Shown here: one piece after another, positions 46,805 through 57,376 of the stretch
Position numbering within the stretch: position 1 is the stretch's first letter
How the letters are laid out: each line of letters starts with the position of its first letter
Virus record (IMG/VR): IMGVR_UViG_642791616_000001
Span: 75,935-139,934 of that record
Origin: a virus
Lineage: Duplodnaviria; Caudoviricetes
Length of the DNA: 64,000 nucleotides
Reading direction: 5' to 3' (one strand)
Program-made: the position numbers and the translations under genes
The notes under the pieces: model-generated
The model's database searches: none
Told to the model about the DNA's origin: nothing
Seen by the model: only the letters and a program-made list of their open reading frames with translations

Positions 46805-47476
46805 CTATTGTGGTATTTTTAACCTTTGTCCAGGGAAAATCCAATGCCCCGGCTGCTTAATATTTCGTTTGCTACGTTTAATCATCGCTAATTTATTGGC
46901 ATTCCAAATACGCCGCCATTTTGTACTGTCGCCATAAAACCTGCCTGAAATGGCCCATAGCGTATCCCCTTTTTTGACGGTGTACATTTTTGGCGGTGTT
47001 TTTGAAGGCCTTTTCTTTTTCGTTTGTTTTGCTTTTTTCTTTCGTTTAATTTTCCTAGGCGATGCGGTTTTGTATTCCTTTAACTCGATCGTAAATTCAC
47101 GATCGCCAATATCATATGATCCTTCTTTATGGGTGAAGCTTTCAATGCTGCACGTCATGTTGATTTTTGTCCCCGTTACAATCAGCCGCACAGACTTCTT
47201 TGAACGCATCATTCGTTCTATTTTCGCTATCGCATTCTCCGGTGATGGAATGCTTTTATATTCAGCAATTGGCGAATATTTCTTAGGAAATAAAGAAGTG
47301 AATGATACTTGCTTAGCCGATGGGACATCAATAAAGGTCAGTTCTCCAAAAGAGGCAACCTTTACCGTTTCATTTTGTACGTTATTTGTGATTTCAAGTT
47401 CGGATGGAAGGACAGGGAATCGCAACTTGTCCTTTCCTTGGGAAATCCACAATTGATACACTGATTTACCCATCAA
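46805..47476 (-). CDS. xkdP: LysM-domain tail-tube initiator
   Basis: [13 protein letters not shown] LysM. Confidence 0.9.
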   Translation of the reverse strand: MMGKSVYQLWISQGKDKLRFPVLPSELEITNNVQNETVKVASFGELTFIDVPSAKQVSFTSLFPKKYSPIAEYKSIPSPENAIAKIERMMRSKKSVRLIVTGTKINMTCSIESFTHKEGSYDIGDREFTIELKEYKTASPRKIKRKKKAKQTKKKRPSKTPPKMYTVKKGDTLWAISGRFYGDSTKWRRIWNANKLAMIKRSKRNIKQPGHWIFPGQRLKIPQ

Positions 47477-50400
47477 TCACGACCCCCTTCGTTCCTGTAT
47501 GAAGCTCTACTTCCAGTTCATCTACGAGCATTTGTCTAATTTTTTCGACTAGCGATTGCTGATCTTGTCCATTATGGAAATGCTGATCCCCATTGAATTG
47601 AATGGTGATTTGCTTATTACTTGACGATGCTGTACGACTAGAAGACTGAGCTGAGGTGACTTGCTGCATTTGTGATTCTGGTAAAGGAGCAGACGCATTT
47701 GCTGGATCATATACTTGCATTCCAAGTGCCTTGGCTGCCTGCGTTAATAAATACCTTCCGCGTATGCCTCTTTCTTCAGGAATGATCCATTCGCGTTTGT
47801 TTCCTTCACCGACTCTAGCAACCTGCTCCTGAGTAATCAGTCCACCATTTGCGTAGCCTTTATAAGGCCCGCCTCTTCTCATACTTCGTAATCCCGGTGT
47901 ATTGAAGACTGTTCCATATCTGCCCTTAATGTAGTTAATGGCTGCTACGGCATTATGAATTGGGTTCCAAATGTCATTCATGCCTTTGCCTTTATTGGAG
48001 TTAAACGTCGTTCCAATGGTTTGCATTAAGCCTTTAGAAGGCGTTCCCTTCTTGGCGTTAGAATCCCATAAGTTGATTGCTCTCGGATTTCCATTCGATT
48101 CATGCTGCGCAATGGTCATAAGTCCTGGAAGCCAGTTCATCGATGTGCCAGTTGCCATGAGAGCTGCCATGAGCCATTGCTGAACACTAAGACCTGAAGC
48201 CCCCATACCGCTGAAGGCACCGATTAATGAACCAGCCTGATTTTCAGCAAACTTTTTCACATCAACTGAGTCGAGTCCTTTGACGACACCGATCGATGCG
48301 AATTTCCCAAGACTCATCATGACGCGTGAAGGGGAATGAATATCTAATTCCTCTCTAAACGCCTGCTCTACTTTCTTCGCCATTTCTTTGGCGGCTTGTG
48401 TGACTTCACTTGCTTTTGAACGCATGCCACTGTTAAAGGCATCCATCATTCCTGAGCCCCAGCCTGGTGATTCTTGTTTTGCTTGTAGAAATGGTTGTTT
48501 GATGTGCTGATCTACGTATTGGCTAGTACCAACTGAAGTGGCATTTTGACCTGTGGCAAAACCACTAACCGTTCCAGAACCCCAAGTTGGCGATGCTGTC
48601 ATCACTTGTTGATATGGTGCTTTTACACGACTTTGCAAAAAGCTATCTGTTCCTGTTGGTGTCATCTGCTGACCATTCGCAAAAGCAGCAACTGTTTGCT
48701 GACCATACTTATTTGAGTCTGAGGTCAATTGACCAAAAGGCTGCTGAATATTCTTTTGCTTCCATTGATCAAGTGTAATCATTTTTTGATTTAATCCTTG
48801 TTCAAAATCCTTATTAAATTGCTCGCCTATGCTGGAGGCTTGAATGTTCCCAGTCATCGAGACCGATCCGTCTATTGAACCGACAGAAGATGATGAAGCT
48901 ACTGCTGTAGGAGCTGGAGAGCTTGATACTTGATTTCCAGCTGCTCCGCTTGGCATAACAGACATCCCAAGATGAGAAGCAGCCTGAGCAAGCAGCATCT
49001 TCCCGCGCCCTCGGTTATTTTGAGTTGGAATGACAAATTCGTTACCTGCTTCACCGACCCATGATAAGGTTGGCTGGGTGATATAGCCGCCTGTGGCTTT
49101 TTTATCAGGGTCTCCAAAGACATGTTTCAATACAAAATCAACCCCACCGCCAGCCTTATTAAACAAATCTTTGACCCACCCAAACGCTTTAGAAAACCCA
49201 TCACCAATAGCTTCTGCTACTTTTACAATCGGCTTTTGAATGTTGTCCTCAAACCATTTGGATAATCCATCCCATATATCTGTCACCACTTTATACGCTT
49301 CTTCGAACTTTTTCCCGAAACTGTCTTTAATGGTTCCTACGGTATCTACAAGTGGATTCCACACATTTTCCATAAACCATGACGATACAGCTCCAAAGAT
49401 TGATTGTATCTTTTTCCATGCATTTGATAATGCTGTCCAAATCCCTGTAGCGACTGTAACAACTGTACTGCTCAGTGGTGTCCAAACGTTTTCAATAAAC
49501 CAACCCGCTACTGCACTGAACGTTTCTTGTATCCATGTCCATGCATTGACTAAACTTGACCAGATGGTCGTTGCTACCGTAACGACTGTGTCGCTGAGCG
49601 GTGTCCAAACGTTTTCGATAAACCAGCCCGCTACTGCACTGAACGTTTCTTGTATCCATGTCCATGCATTGACTAGACTTGACCAGATGGTTGTTGCTAC
49701 CGTAACGACTGTATCACTTAGTGGCGTCCATACGTTTTCGATAAACCAGCCTGCAACTGCACTAAATGTTTCTTGAATCCATGTCCAGGCATTGACTAGA
49801 TTTGTCCAAATGGTCGTTGCTACTGTAGCGACTGTATCACTTAGTGGCGTCCATACATTTTCTGTGAACCAAGCCGCGACTGTTGACCAAACTTCGACAA
49901 TTTGATTTTTGATTTCGATGGCTTTTTGGCCAATCTTTTCAAATCCGCCGCCATCAAACCATTTTCCAATTGTTTCACCGATAGATTCTCCGCCCATACT
50001 TCCAGCAATGCCGCCTACTAGACCGCCGATGGCTGTACCTACCCCTGGGACTAAGCTTCCAATAGCTGCACCTGCTGCAGCACCTGCCATTCCGCCGGCG
50101 ATGCCGCCTCCAGTCGTACCAATCTTTTCACCAGCATTCTCTTTGTTCATACCAATTAGATTTGTTGCACTAAGTACACTTCCTAGAATAGGTACTTTCT
50201 TTAATAATTTTCCGCTCCCTTTACCTATACTTTTCATTGCATTCCCTAATCCACTTAACCCCTTGCTACCTTTCACTAAACCCGTAAGTCCGCCAGCTGA
50301 AGCTGCGATACCCGCACCTTTCTTTAGTCCAGTAGGGATTTTTCCAAATAATTTACCTGCATTTGTTTTCAGTTTCCCTAATCTACTTGGAGGTCTTCTA

Positions 50401-51581
50401 TTCATTTCGGCCCTTGATGTAGCATTTGGATTTCTTGTCTGTCTTGGTGAGCGACCATTTCGATTTTTAGTTTTAGTAGATCCTCCCCTGCTTAAACCTC
50501 TTGCACAGCAGGGGCAACAACTATTGCGAAACAAGCCTTTTCCACCTCGCGACTGAGGTTTCGTTTTGGGAGCTGGATTTGATGGTGTTGATGTTGGTGT
50601 TGATGTTGGTGCTGTTGTTGGCGCTGTTGTTGGTGCCTGAGTGGTACTTTCACTTGATTGATCACTTGCACCTAAGAGTCGATCTAATCCAGCCTTCACC
50701 AATTGATCTAGTTTTTCTTCAGGATTAAATTTAATTTTCTCTTTAATTCTTCCGATCACATCTTGCTTGTACTCTTCTATTTTATTTTCAACCCAAGGAA
50801 GTGCCTTTTCATCCCAAAACTTTCTAGGACTCAATTTTTCCTTCACTTTATCTGCAACGTCACCTGCATATTTTTGAATTTCACTTAATCCCTTATTGGC
50901 AAGGTTCTGGAGCCAGCTCTGTTTAGGATCTTCTGTTTTCACTGACGGACTAACAGCCTCAGGTTCTTTTTTTATGTTTTGTTCTTTCACAACCGACTCT
51001 GCTTGATCTCGTTTTTTCAACTTACTCTTTGCATTGTCTTGAACAGACACTCTGATTTCGTGTTTAGACATCGTCAAGCTTTTGAGCGTCTTTTTGATTC
51101 GTTGAATTGCAGCGGTGGCTTGGTCAACCATGTTTAATCTCATATAGTACGTTCTGTTCATGAGCTGAAAGATAGATTTTTTGATTGATGACATTTTACC
51201 TGACAATTGATCGTTTAGTTTAAACGTCAGCATAATGGGGCTTGTTCCCGCTTGCTTTAAACGATTTATGCTGGATTTAATGACATCTAATCCCTTCGCT
51301 TGAATGGATATGACCAAGTGATTCGGGAACATATTTAACTGATTGTTTAATGCTTTAAGATCACGATAGATTCCTTGATCCAGTCTCATGGAAATCACTG
51401 ACATTTTCCGAAGCGATAAACTAAAGTTTCTTAATTTCTTGTCATCTATATCCAGGTTTATTTTCACCGGTTTTCTAAATGGTTTGAGCTGCTTCTCAAA
51501 TGTTTGAAATCGTTTTTGTATGCGCAGCAGCTTCTTCGATACTTTGTCTTCTAATTCAAATCGCGCAGTGAGTTTCGCCAA
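47466..51581 (-). CDS. xkdO: Tape measure protein with C-terminal lytic transglycosylase domain
   Basis: [12 protein letters not shown], Gly/Ala-rich segment, Trp repeats, [14 protein letters not shown]...GLMQ. Confidence 0.93.
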   Translation of the reverse strand: MAKLTARFELEDKVSKKLLRIQKRFQTFEKQLKPFRKPVKINLDIDDKKLRNFSLSLRKMSVISMRLDQGIYRDLKALNNQLNMFPNHLVISIQAKGLDVIKSSINRLKQAGTSPIMLTFKLNDQLSGKMSSIKKSIFQLMNRTYYMRLNMVDQATAAIQRIKKTLKSLTMSKHEIRVSVQDNAKSKLKKRDQAESVVKEQNIKKEPEAVSPSVKTEDPKQSWLQNLANKGLSEIQKYAGDVADKVKEKLSPRKFWDEKALPWVENKIEEYKQDVIGRIKEKIKFNPEEKLDQLVKAGLDRLLGASDQSSESTTQAPTTAPTTAPTSTPTSTPSNPAPKTKPQSRGGKGLFRNSCCPCCARGLSRGGSTKTKNRNGRSPRQTRNPNATSRAEMNRRPPSRLGKLKTNAGKLFGKIPTGLKKGAGIAASAGGLTGLVKGSKGLSGLGNAMKSIGKGSGKLLKKVPILGSVLSATNLIGMNKENAGEKIGTTGGGIAGGMAGAAAGAAIGSLVPGVGTAIGGLVGGIAGSMGGESIGETIGKWFDGGGFEKIGQKAIEIKNQIVEVWSTVAAWFTENVWTPLSDTVATVATTIWTNLVNAWTWIQETFSAVAGWFIENVWTPLSDTVVTVATTIWSSLVNAWTWIQETFSAVAGWFIENVWTPLSDTVVTVATTIWSSLVNAWTWIQETFSAVAGWFIENVWTPLSSTVVTVATGIWTALSNAWKKIQSIFGAVSSWFMENVWNPLVDTVGTIKDSFGKKFEEAYKVVTDIWDGLSKWFEDNIQKPIVKVAEAIGDGFSKAFGWVKDLFNKAGGGVDFVLKHVFGDPDKKATGGYITQPTLSWVGEAGNEFVIPTQNNRGRGKMLLAQAASHLGMSVMPSGAAGNQVSSSPAPTAVASSSSVGSIDGSVSMTGNIQASSIGEQFNKDFEQGLNQKMITLDQWKQKNIQQPFGQLTSDSNKYGQQTVAAFANGQQMTPTGTDSFLQSRVKAPYQQVMTASPTWGSGTVSGFATGQNATSVGTSQYVDQHIKQPFLQAKQESPGWGSGMMDAFNSGMRSKASEVTQAAKEMAKKVEQAFREELDIHSPSRVMMSLGKFASIGVVKGLDSVDVKKFAENQAGSLIGAFSGMGASGLSVQQWLMAALMATGTSMNWLPGLMTIAQHESNGNPRAINLWDSNAKKGTPSKGLMQTIGTTFNSNKGKGMNDIWNPIHNAVAAINYIKGRYGTVFNTPGLRSMRRGGPYKGYANGGLITQEQVARVGEGNKREWIIPEERGIRGRYLLTQAAKALGMQVYDPANASAPLPESQMQQVTSAQSSSRTASSSNKQITIQFNGDQHFHNGQDQQSLVEKIRQMLVDELEVELHTGTKGVVIDG
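49380..49880 (-). repeat. About four 120-nt (40-aa) tandem repeats in the tape measure gene
   Basis: [41 protein letters not shown] repeated. Confidence 0.9.
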
Positions 51582-51770
51582 TTATTTCCCTCCTTTCTTT
51601 GCTTCTTTTTCTAGCATGTCGAGTTTGTAGCTGATGAGTCCAAATAGGAGTGCTTTGAATGGTCTTGGTGATTCGTATAAATCAAGGAGTTCAGATGGGG
51701 AGTAGTGAAGCTCGTGCATGGCGTAATATAAAAACACAGCTTCTTTATCCCCATCTTTTATTAGTTTTTT
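51582..51770 (-). CDS. -1 frame extension of the tail assembly chaperone (gpGT-like)
   Basis: A-AAA-AAC slippery site at 51764-51770; -1 frame KLIKDGDKEAVFLYYAMHELHYSPSELL...KGGK ends next to the xkdO start. Confidence 0.75.
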   Translation of the reverse strand, partial: KKLIKDGDKEAVFLYYAMHELHYSPSELLDLYESPRPFKALLFGLISYKLDMLEKEAKKGGK

Positions 51771-52201
51771 GCTGCGTCTTCTAAATCTTCAATTTCGTCT
51801 TCGAATCCGTTGATTTCAATGGCTTTGTTTAACCAGTTCGCATATTCTCCGCCTACTGACAGGACACGTTTTGCTACTTCAACTGGATCTTGTGTACTGT
51901 AGGCTTCTCTTAATTCTTTTGAGCGGAAATCTGGATAAACCGTCGATTCAATGGCAATTCGTGCGTAGAAGCGCTGACTGTCTAAGTCCTTAACGCGGCC
52001 TCTGCCTTTGACATTTTTGAAGGTTGTGTTTTCTTTTTCCAGTTCATCGATACGTTCAGTTGTAATGGCTTTAAAGACAAAAGGAATGACATTCCCTTTT
52101 TTATCAACAAAACGTTTAGAAATTGGTACTTTGACCTCTTCTGCTTCTACTGTTTGTCCTGGCATAAAAAATGAAAGATCAAATGTTTGTTTTTCGCTCA
52201 T
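51761..52201 (-). CDS. xkdN: Tail assembly chaperone
   Basis: FDLSFFMPGQ, VYPDFRSKEL. Confidence 0.9.
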   Translation of the reverse strand: MSEKQTFDLSFFMPGQTVEAEEVKVPISKRFVDKKGNVIPFVFKAITTERIDELEKENTTFKNVKGRGRVKDLDSQRFYARIAIESTVYPDFRSKELREAYSTQDPVEVAKRVLSVGGEYANWLNKAIEINGFEDEIEDLEDAAKN

Positions 52202-52359
52202 GTTTAAAAACTCCCTTTGTTATGTTTTTTTGAATGCAAAAAAGCACATCCATTTTTTGAATGTGCTTTCCAATCTTTTCATGTATAATTTAAATGGTAC
52301 AATTGAACGGCTTGCTCAAGGGTGTCTGGCTCATCCCCGATAGGAAGGGGGTGATGCCA

Positions 52360-52443
52360 ATGTCAACATTTGAAGCGATTTCCCTAATGCTTTTATTCGG
52401 GATGTTTATCTTTACTTTGTTGACGTATATAGACAAAAAATAG
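52360..52443 (+). CDS. BsrE/BsrH-family type I toxin (27 aa)
   Basis: MSTFEAISLMLLFGMFIFTLLTYIDKK; RBS upstream; TATAAT at 52284. Confidence 0.85.
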   Translation: MSTFEAISLMLLFGMFIFTLLTYIDKK

Positions 52444-52657
52444 ACTCCCCTTGAGCTTTGGACGGTTGAAGGGAAAGTCTATCCTTAAAAACTATCTAAT
52501 TGATAAGCCAGCCCCTTGAGGGCCAAATTGTACATTGCCGGGATGTTGACGCATCCTGGCTTCTTTTTATTTTATGCAAAGTACTTTGCATGTAAACATA
52601 TTTCTAAAAAACTTTTTGGGGTTACACAGTAACTCTTTTGTAGCTACTCTGTAACTA
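52435..52657 (-). ncRNA. Convergent antitoxin sRNA (ends approximate)
   Basis: TGgTATAAT at 52664-52672 on the minus strand; terminator-like ATAGACT...AGTCTAT + U-tract at 52435-52482. Confidence 0.6.
52537..52570 (+). terminator. Toxin mRNA terminator
   Basis: GCCGGGATG-TTGACG-CATCCTGGC-TTCTTTTT. Confidence 0.8.
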
Positions 52658-52731
52658 TGAAAAATTATACCATATCGTTGAATAAAATAAAAATAACATA
52701 TATTTTAGTGATTCGAAATGCCTTTTCTCAA

Positions 52732-53175
52732 TTAAAAAGAATTCTTCAGCTTTTCAGGAAGATCAAAGTCCTCGAACGTAAACGGAACTTCTTCTTCAAG
52801 TGCTTCTGAATCGACATCCAGTCCAGCAATTTTAGCCGAATCAAAGTTGACATCGAATAACGTCACACGCTCTGTGCCTCTGCCTGATGATTTATCATCA
52901 ATCACCGCTTGAAGAGTGAAATAAGGATCTTCCCCTTTTTTCACATAGTTGAGCATGAGTTGTACGAAACGTGAAGTGACTTTATAGAATGTTGCCGTTC
53001 CTGTTCCATTTGCCCCAGTTGTTTTATGACCCGTCATTCTTCGGCCCATCACGTTGACTTCTGATTTGTTTTTCTCCACGTTTGCTTCAAACGTTTTGAT
53101 AAAGGCAAGCTCCTCACCTTCTAAGAAAAGACGACCCTCTTTACCTGAAATTGTATTTTGCGCTTTAAAAGCCAT
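52732..53175 (-). CDS. xkdM: Tail tube protein
   Basis: MAFKAQNTISGKEGRLF. Confidence 0.95.
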   Translation of the reverse strand: MAFKAQNTISGKEGRLFLEGEELAFIKTFEANVEKNKSEVNVMGRRMTGHKTTGANGTGTATFYKVTSRFVQLMLNYVKKGEDPYFTLQAVIDDKSSGRGTERVTLFDVNFDSAKIAGLDVDSEALEEEVPFTFEDFDLPEKLKNSF

Positions 53176-53176
53176 C

Positions 53177-54523
53177 TTACTTCACCTCCACATTGAAATA
53201 GAATTTTTCTGCTGCATCTACTGGTTGAACAGCTAGATCGATAATAAATCCATCACGATCTTCATTAAGACCGATCACGATATCTGTTTCTGAGTTAAAG
53301 CCTGTAATGCCGCTGCCATCTTGAAGCTGTGTGAGATACTGTGTAATCAGTGTTTTCACAAGCTGCACTCCATCATCAGATGCTGGGATGTCATTGCCAT
53401 TGGCTTTGCGTAATTTAATCAGATTTTTTAATTCAAACGTTAAATCATTGTTGATGGCATCAAGCACACGAATGATTTTGTTTTTCGCCATTTGCTGATT
53501 CTTTTCAACTGTGAAGCTTGTTAAAGAGTTAATATCTTTTTCAACACTCACCGTGCGGTCTCTCGCATCAAAAGTAAAGAGGAACTCCCCTTGTGATAAT
53601 CGGTATTCTACTTGATCATTATCAAGGCGTTCTAATGTATCCACTGCTCCTTCGTATTCAACAAAGGTGAGTGACTGATTGAAGTTTGCACCTGCACTTG
53701 CCCCTGCAACCCAAGCTGTTGTTTGAGCAGGTGTTAGTTCTGTTCCATCTTCCAGCACAACACCGCTTGTCACATTAATGATGCCTTCTTGGTCAGCTGC
53801 ATAGTTCGCCACAACGCCTTGCACCTTACGCCCTTGCTTATCACGTAGACGCTCGATAAATGAAGCGAAGGTTGCTTTTAATTGCTCACTATTATCGACT
53901 GGGAGCGCAATGACATCAAAGTATTCTGTTTCTGCTGCTTCTAGGAAAGCTGTATAATCTGCGACACTTGCCACACCGTTTTTCCCGCCGCTTAGTGCCA
54001 CACCAGCCGTGATAACTGCTTCACCTTCACCAGAAAATTGAACATATTTGTTTTCTACAAGATCTTTGACATCCGTGACAACCTGCTTATCGACAATATC
54101 TGTTCCAAGATAAGTGATGACGTCACGTTTTGTGCTGTCGAGTACATTTTCTGCCACTTGGATAGTGATCTCATTTCCTTTTTGACCGCCATAATTGGCT
54201 GTGACCACAAATTTTTCTGCGATTTCCGCTTTGGCTTGTACCCCTTCGTTTAGGCGATAAAGCAAGACAGTTTGTGCTTTTTTCTTTGCTTCACGGAAAA
54301 GAAGAAGAGACTTGTCATCAATGTTGAGTCCAACCTTTTTATTTAAGTCTTCCATATTGGAAACGGAAATAAAGGTTTTTGGTTCTCCCCAGCTCATCAC
54401 AAGAGGAAGTGCCACCGTACCTCGATCGCCTAAAGTAATTCGCTGCTCTGCTGTTGTTTTAAAATTAAAGTAAATGCCAGGACGCTTTTTCTCTGTACCT
54501 GGTGTAAATGTGCCTCCGTTCAT
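53177..54523 (-). CDS. xkdK: Tail sheath protein
   Basis: MNGGTFTPGTEKKRPGIYFNF, KNKIIRVLD. Confidence 0.95.
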   Translation of the reverse strand: MNGGTFTPGTEKKRPGIYFNFKTTAEQRITLGDRGTVALPLVMSWGEPKTFISVSNMEDLNKKVGLNIDDKSLLLFREAKKKAQTVLLYRLNEGVQAKAEIAEKFVVTANYGGQKGNEITIQVAENVLDSTKRDVITYLGTDIVDKQVVTDVKDLVENKYVQFSGEGEAVITAGVALSGGKNGVASVADYTAFLEAAETEYFDVIALPVDNSEQLKATFASFIERLRDKQGRKVQGVVANYAADQEGIINVTSGVVLEDGTELTPAQTTAWVAGASAGANFNQSLTFVEYEGAVDTLERLDNDQVEYRLSQGEFLFTFDARDRTVSVEKDINSLTSFTVEKNQQMAKNKIIRVLDAINNDLTFELKNLIKLRKANGNDIPASDDGVQLVKTLITQYLTQLQDGSGITGFNSETDIVIGLNEDRDGFIIDLAVQPVDAAEKFYFNVEVK

Positions 54524-54526
54524 CCT

Positions 54527-54739
54527 TTAAACCTCCTTGGACAAAAAAGCATCAATGTGCTTTTTCGCTTCTGTTTTTGTAATTGGTTGATGTTTGATAT
54601 AAAAAAGAGCACCTTCAAGGATTTCTGGTTTAACCCCAAAAAGATCCTTACTGTGCTCCTTTAAGGCTTCAAATGAAAAGCCAAATTCTTTTTCTTCGCC
54701 AGCTGTTTGAGCAGGCTCTGCTTTTTTAGTCTTGCTCAC
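54527..54739 (-). CDS. Small PBSX/skin hypothetical protein
   Basis: LFGVKPEILEGAL. Confidence 0.75.
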   Translation of the reverse strand: MSKTKKAEPAQTAGEEKEFGFSFEALKEHSKDLFGVKPEILEGALFYIKHQPITKTEAKKHIDAFLSKEV

Positions 54740-55181
54740 GTTTGATCACTCCATCTGAAAAGTTGATATCTTCAAGGCTTGCTTGTTTGTCTCGGTTGTA
54801 CCAATAACTGCTATCCCACGTCAGGACAATCGCTGCTACGCCTTGATCTATCATTCTTGTTTCCACTCTTTTTATGCGGACATAATCATCAAGCACCTCT
54901 CCATCTTCACTCATCATCTGAATCATTTGACGATCAGCAAGCAATGCATCAACAATTATTTCTGCCGCAACATGTGCTTTTTCTGAATCCATATGAAACA
55001 CTTTCACTTGCAGCGAATAAGATTTCATAAATGTAGATACCGTATCTGGACCGCTGATGACTGTTACGGGCGGCACATAAACGGATGGCACTTGAAAACG
55101 CTCTGGCAAAAGTCGATCATACATTGTCACAGGAAAGTGTGTGTAAATATAATGCATGATTGCCCCGACTTCTTGATTCAT
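54726..55181 (-). CDS. xkdJ: Tail terminator-like protein
   Basis: MNQEVGAIM...PERFQVPSVYVP; synteny. Confidence 0.82.
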   Translation of the reverse strand: MNQEVGAIMHYIYTHFPVTMYDRLLPERFQVPSVYVPPVTVISGPDTVSTFMKSYSLQVKVFHMDSEKAHVAAEIIVDALLADRQMIQMMSEDGEVLDDYVRIKRVETRMIDQGVAAIVLTWDSSYWYNRDKQASLEDINFSDGVIKREQD

Positions 55182-55185
55182 TTCA

Positions 55186-55683
55186 TCACCTCCCAAAATG
55201 TCGATCGAACCAGCTTTGAAGCTTTCGATCCAGCGACTGTTCAAACATTTGCTCATAGAGCATGACAGCATGATCCCAGTAGCCATTTCCATCTACCCAT
55301 TGAGAGGCAAGCATCATTCCTGTCTTTGCATTCGGATCATATTCAAAGCGGCTGCCAGCCCACCTGCCAGGCACCCATCTTCGCTCTCCACTTGAAGAAG
55401 TAGCATGTCCGTCATTGACATAGGAGGCATATTCAAGCTTCGTTCCCACTTCAAGTGTGAGACCACCTTTTGACATGAGAAAATGATTCTCCTTGTATCC
55501 TTGCGTAAAGGAGCTTAGCAGCCGACCTGTATCGACAGCATTCTCCTTGATTAACTCATCCTGAATGATGTCCAAAAGCTCTAGGCCCATGTCCTCTAGC
55601 CAATCTTGATATTCTGCTTTTAAGCCGCCGGCACACGCTGTTTCCAGCTGTGAAAGCAGCCGGTCAAGTCCATCAATTTTCAT
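55186..55683 (-). CDS. xkdI: HK97 gp10-like neck protein
   Basis: VDTGRLLSSF, LEVGTKLEYASYVNDGH. Confidence 0.88.
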   Translation of the reverse strand: MKIDGLDRLLSQLETACAGGLKAEYQDWLEDMGLELLDIIQDELIKENAVDTGRLLSSFTQGYKENHFLMSKGGLTLEVGTKLEYASYVNDGHATSSSGERRWVPGRWAGSRFEYDPNAKTGMMLASQWVDGNGYWDHAVMLYEQMFEQSLDRKLQSWFDRHFGR

Positions 55684-56036
55684 AGATTTTCCTTCCTGAC
55701 TGCCATCACTTCAATGTGATGATTTTTCACTTTTTTGGGCTGCTGTAACTTAAGTGAGACGCCGTTCCACACCATTTTGTCATGCAGGCGAATATCACTT
55801 GCTAAAGGGAAATGGACAAGATAGGACTGATAAATCACTGTATTCGGCTCTTCTTGCACAAGCGACTGATTCTTTTCTATGACATAACAAGCCAGATCTG
55901 TCAGGCTAGGCGCATCAGGATAGGAAAGAGTCATTTGTAAGTCATCAGCTGGAATCCCGAATTTTCCTCGGGAAGCCTCCTGATGTTCAAGGTGAAAAAG
56001 ATCACAGCGATCTGTTAAGAGAGATTGATAACTCAT
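55680..56036 (-). CDS. xkdH: Head closure protein
   Basis: MSYQSLLTDRCDLFHL. Confidence 0.88.
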   Translation of the reverse strand: MSYQSLLTDRCDLFHLEHQEASRGKFGIPADDLQMTLSYPDAPSLTDLACYVIEKNQSLVQEEPNTVIYQSYLVHFPLASDIRLHDKMVWNGVSLKLQQPKKVKNHHIEVMAVRKENL

Positions 56037-56416
56037 AATGATCTCACCTTTAATTTGGTACTGCCCCCAGTAAATGATGGTTCAATGTAATCGACAAGCA
56101 GGGCATATACATAAGGTTTGCCTTTCACTTGATCAGCTGCCTTCGCATATGAATAATCACCCATTTTTTCTGACGTAAAGCCTTTCATCATAGATTCATC
56201 ATCATTCAGCATGGCAAAATATTGGGCCATTTTTAATAATGCGATTCTTGCTTTTTCAGGGAGGGGCTGATATTTTCCGCTTGAGAAATCATGACCTACG
56301 ATTTGAAATACCGCAGCTTCTGCTTCGATAATATCTGCTGTCAGTCTTTCTACAGATCGATTTTTCACACGCTCAAATACAGAATAGGCTTGCAGTTCTT
56401 CAGGAGAAATAATCAT
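56033..56416 (-). CDS. Head-tail adaptor (YqbG/DUF3199-like)
   Basis: SEKMGDYSY motif. Confidence 0.85.
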   Translation of the reverse strand: MIISPEELQAYSVFERVKNRSVERLTADIIEAEAAVFQIVGHDFSSGKYQPLPEKARIALLKMAQYFAMLNDDESMMKGFTSEKMGDYSYAKAADQVKGKPYVYALLVDYIEPSFTGGSTKLKVRSL

Positions 56417-56429
56417 GGCCTGATGTCAC

Positions 56430-57354
56430 CTACTCTTTCACTTTCATCACTTTTGCTACAGCATCCTCTTCCTCAAATTTGCTGTCTAGCTTCGCTGTTA
56501 GGACAATAATAAATTTACGTCTGCGAATATCTTTTTCTACTTCAATTCGAATATGACGAGAAAAACCTACGATAATATTTTTAGGGTGTGTCAGCAAAAT
56601 ATCTGATACGTCTGTTCCCGCTTCGTCATATGGCTGCATATTGGCAAGACCTTTGACCGGCACACCGAATGCAGAAGAAAGTCCGCCTTGAATCACCGCA
56701 TCTCCGAGAGTTGTCTGACGGTTTGCTACTTGATCCTTCCACTCCACCTCTAAACTTGGAGATGTGTAGAAACGGAAATCCTGAGGTACACGTAAATATT
56801 TTGACGGCATCGCTTTATAGGCTTGTTTCAACATTTGGCGGCTAATTTCCGCTCCATTGGCATCCACAATATGAGATACTGCTTGTTTTCTGACGCCATC
56901 CATTTGGGCTAAAAACGGATCTGCTGAAGTCGTATCCCCATTGACGATGAGCTCTTCAATATCAACGGCCGCTCGTTCAGCAAGCATTTGCATAATGGTC
57001 TGCTGAATTCCGTCTTTTTCAATATTGTTTTCAATGCTGTCGTAGGTCATATGAATTTCTGCAATGACCTCTTTTGCATTTAGCTGGACAGTGCTTGTCG
57101 CTGGGACAACACGGTCTTTCGCATCAAGCGCTTTGCCTTCCTCTGCCGGGCGCAAAATACGCTGGCCCAAAGCCGATTTTTTCGATTTTTTGTGAATCAC
57201 TTTCCATCGGAATGATGCGTGCATCATTTAAAACGGTTGGTGTGTTTTGCATCATTCTAATGAATGTGTTGGATTGGGTTGCGTTCATGAGACCGCCGGT
57301 TTTTAAGCTGGCAAGTGTCATTTCAGCCTTACGAATCAACTCTTGATTTCTCAC
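56430..57354 (-). pseudogene. xkdG: Major capsid protein gene with a +1 frameshift
   Basis: ...KIEKIGFG continues as [10 protein letters not shown] in another frame; TTTGGGCCAG at about 57162-57171; removing one base gives 307 aa. Confidence 0.85.
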
Positions 57355-57376
57355 ACTGTTTCCTCCTTATTTCGGC

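Noticed and set aside
49380-49880. Regular long repeats suggesting CRISPR or a mobile array
   Set aside because: In-frame 120-nt coding repeats of the tape measure protein, with no unique spacers and no cas operon
49240-50556. Long plus-strand ORFs (178 and 215 aa)
   Set aside because: Shadow frames of repetitive, Gly/Ala-rich tape measure codons
50583-50636. 12-nt microsatellite-like repeats
   Set aside because: In-frame Thr/Pro linker (TTAP/TSTP) in the tape measure; no phase-variation potential
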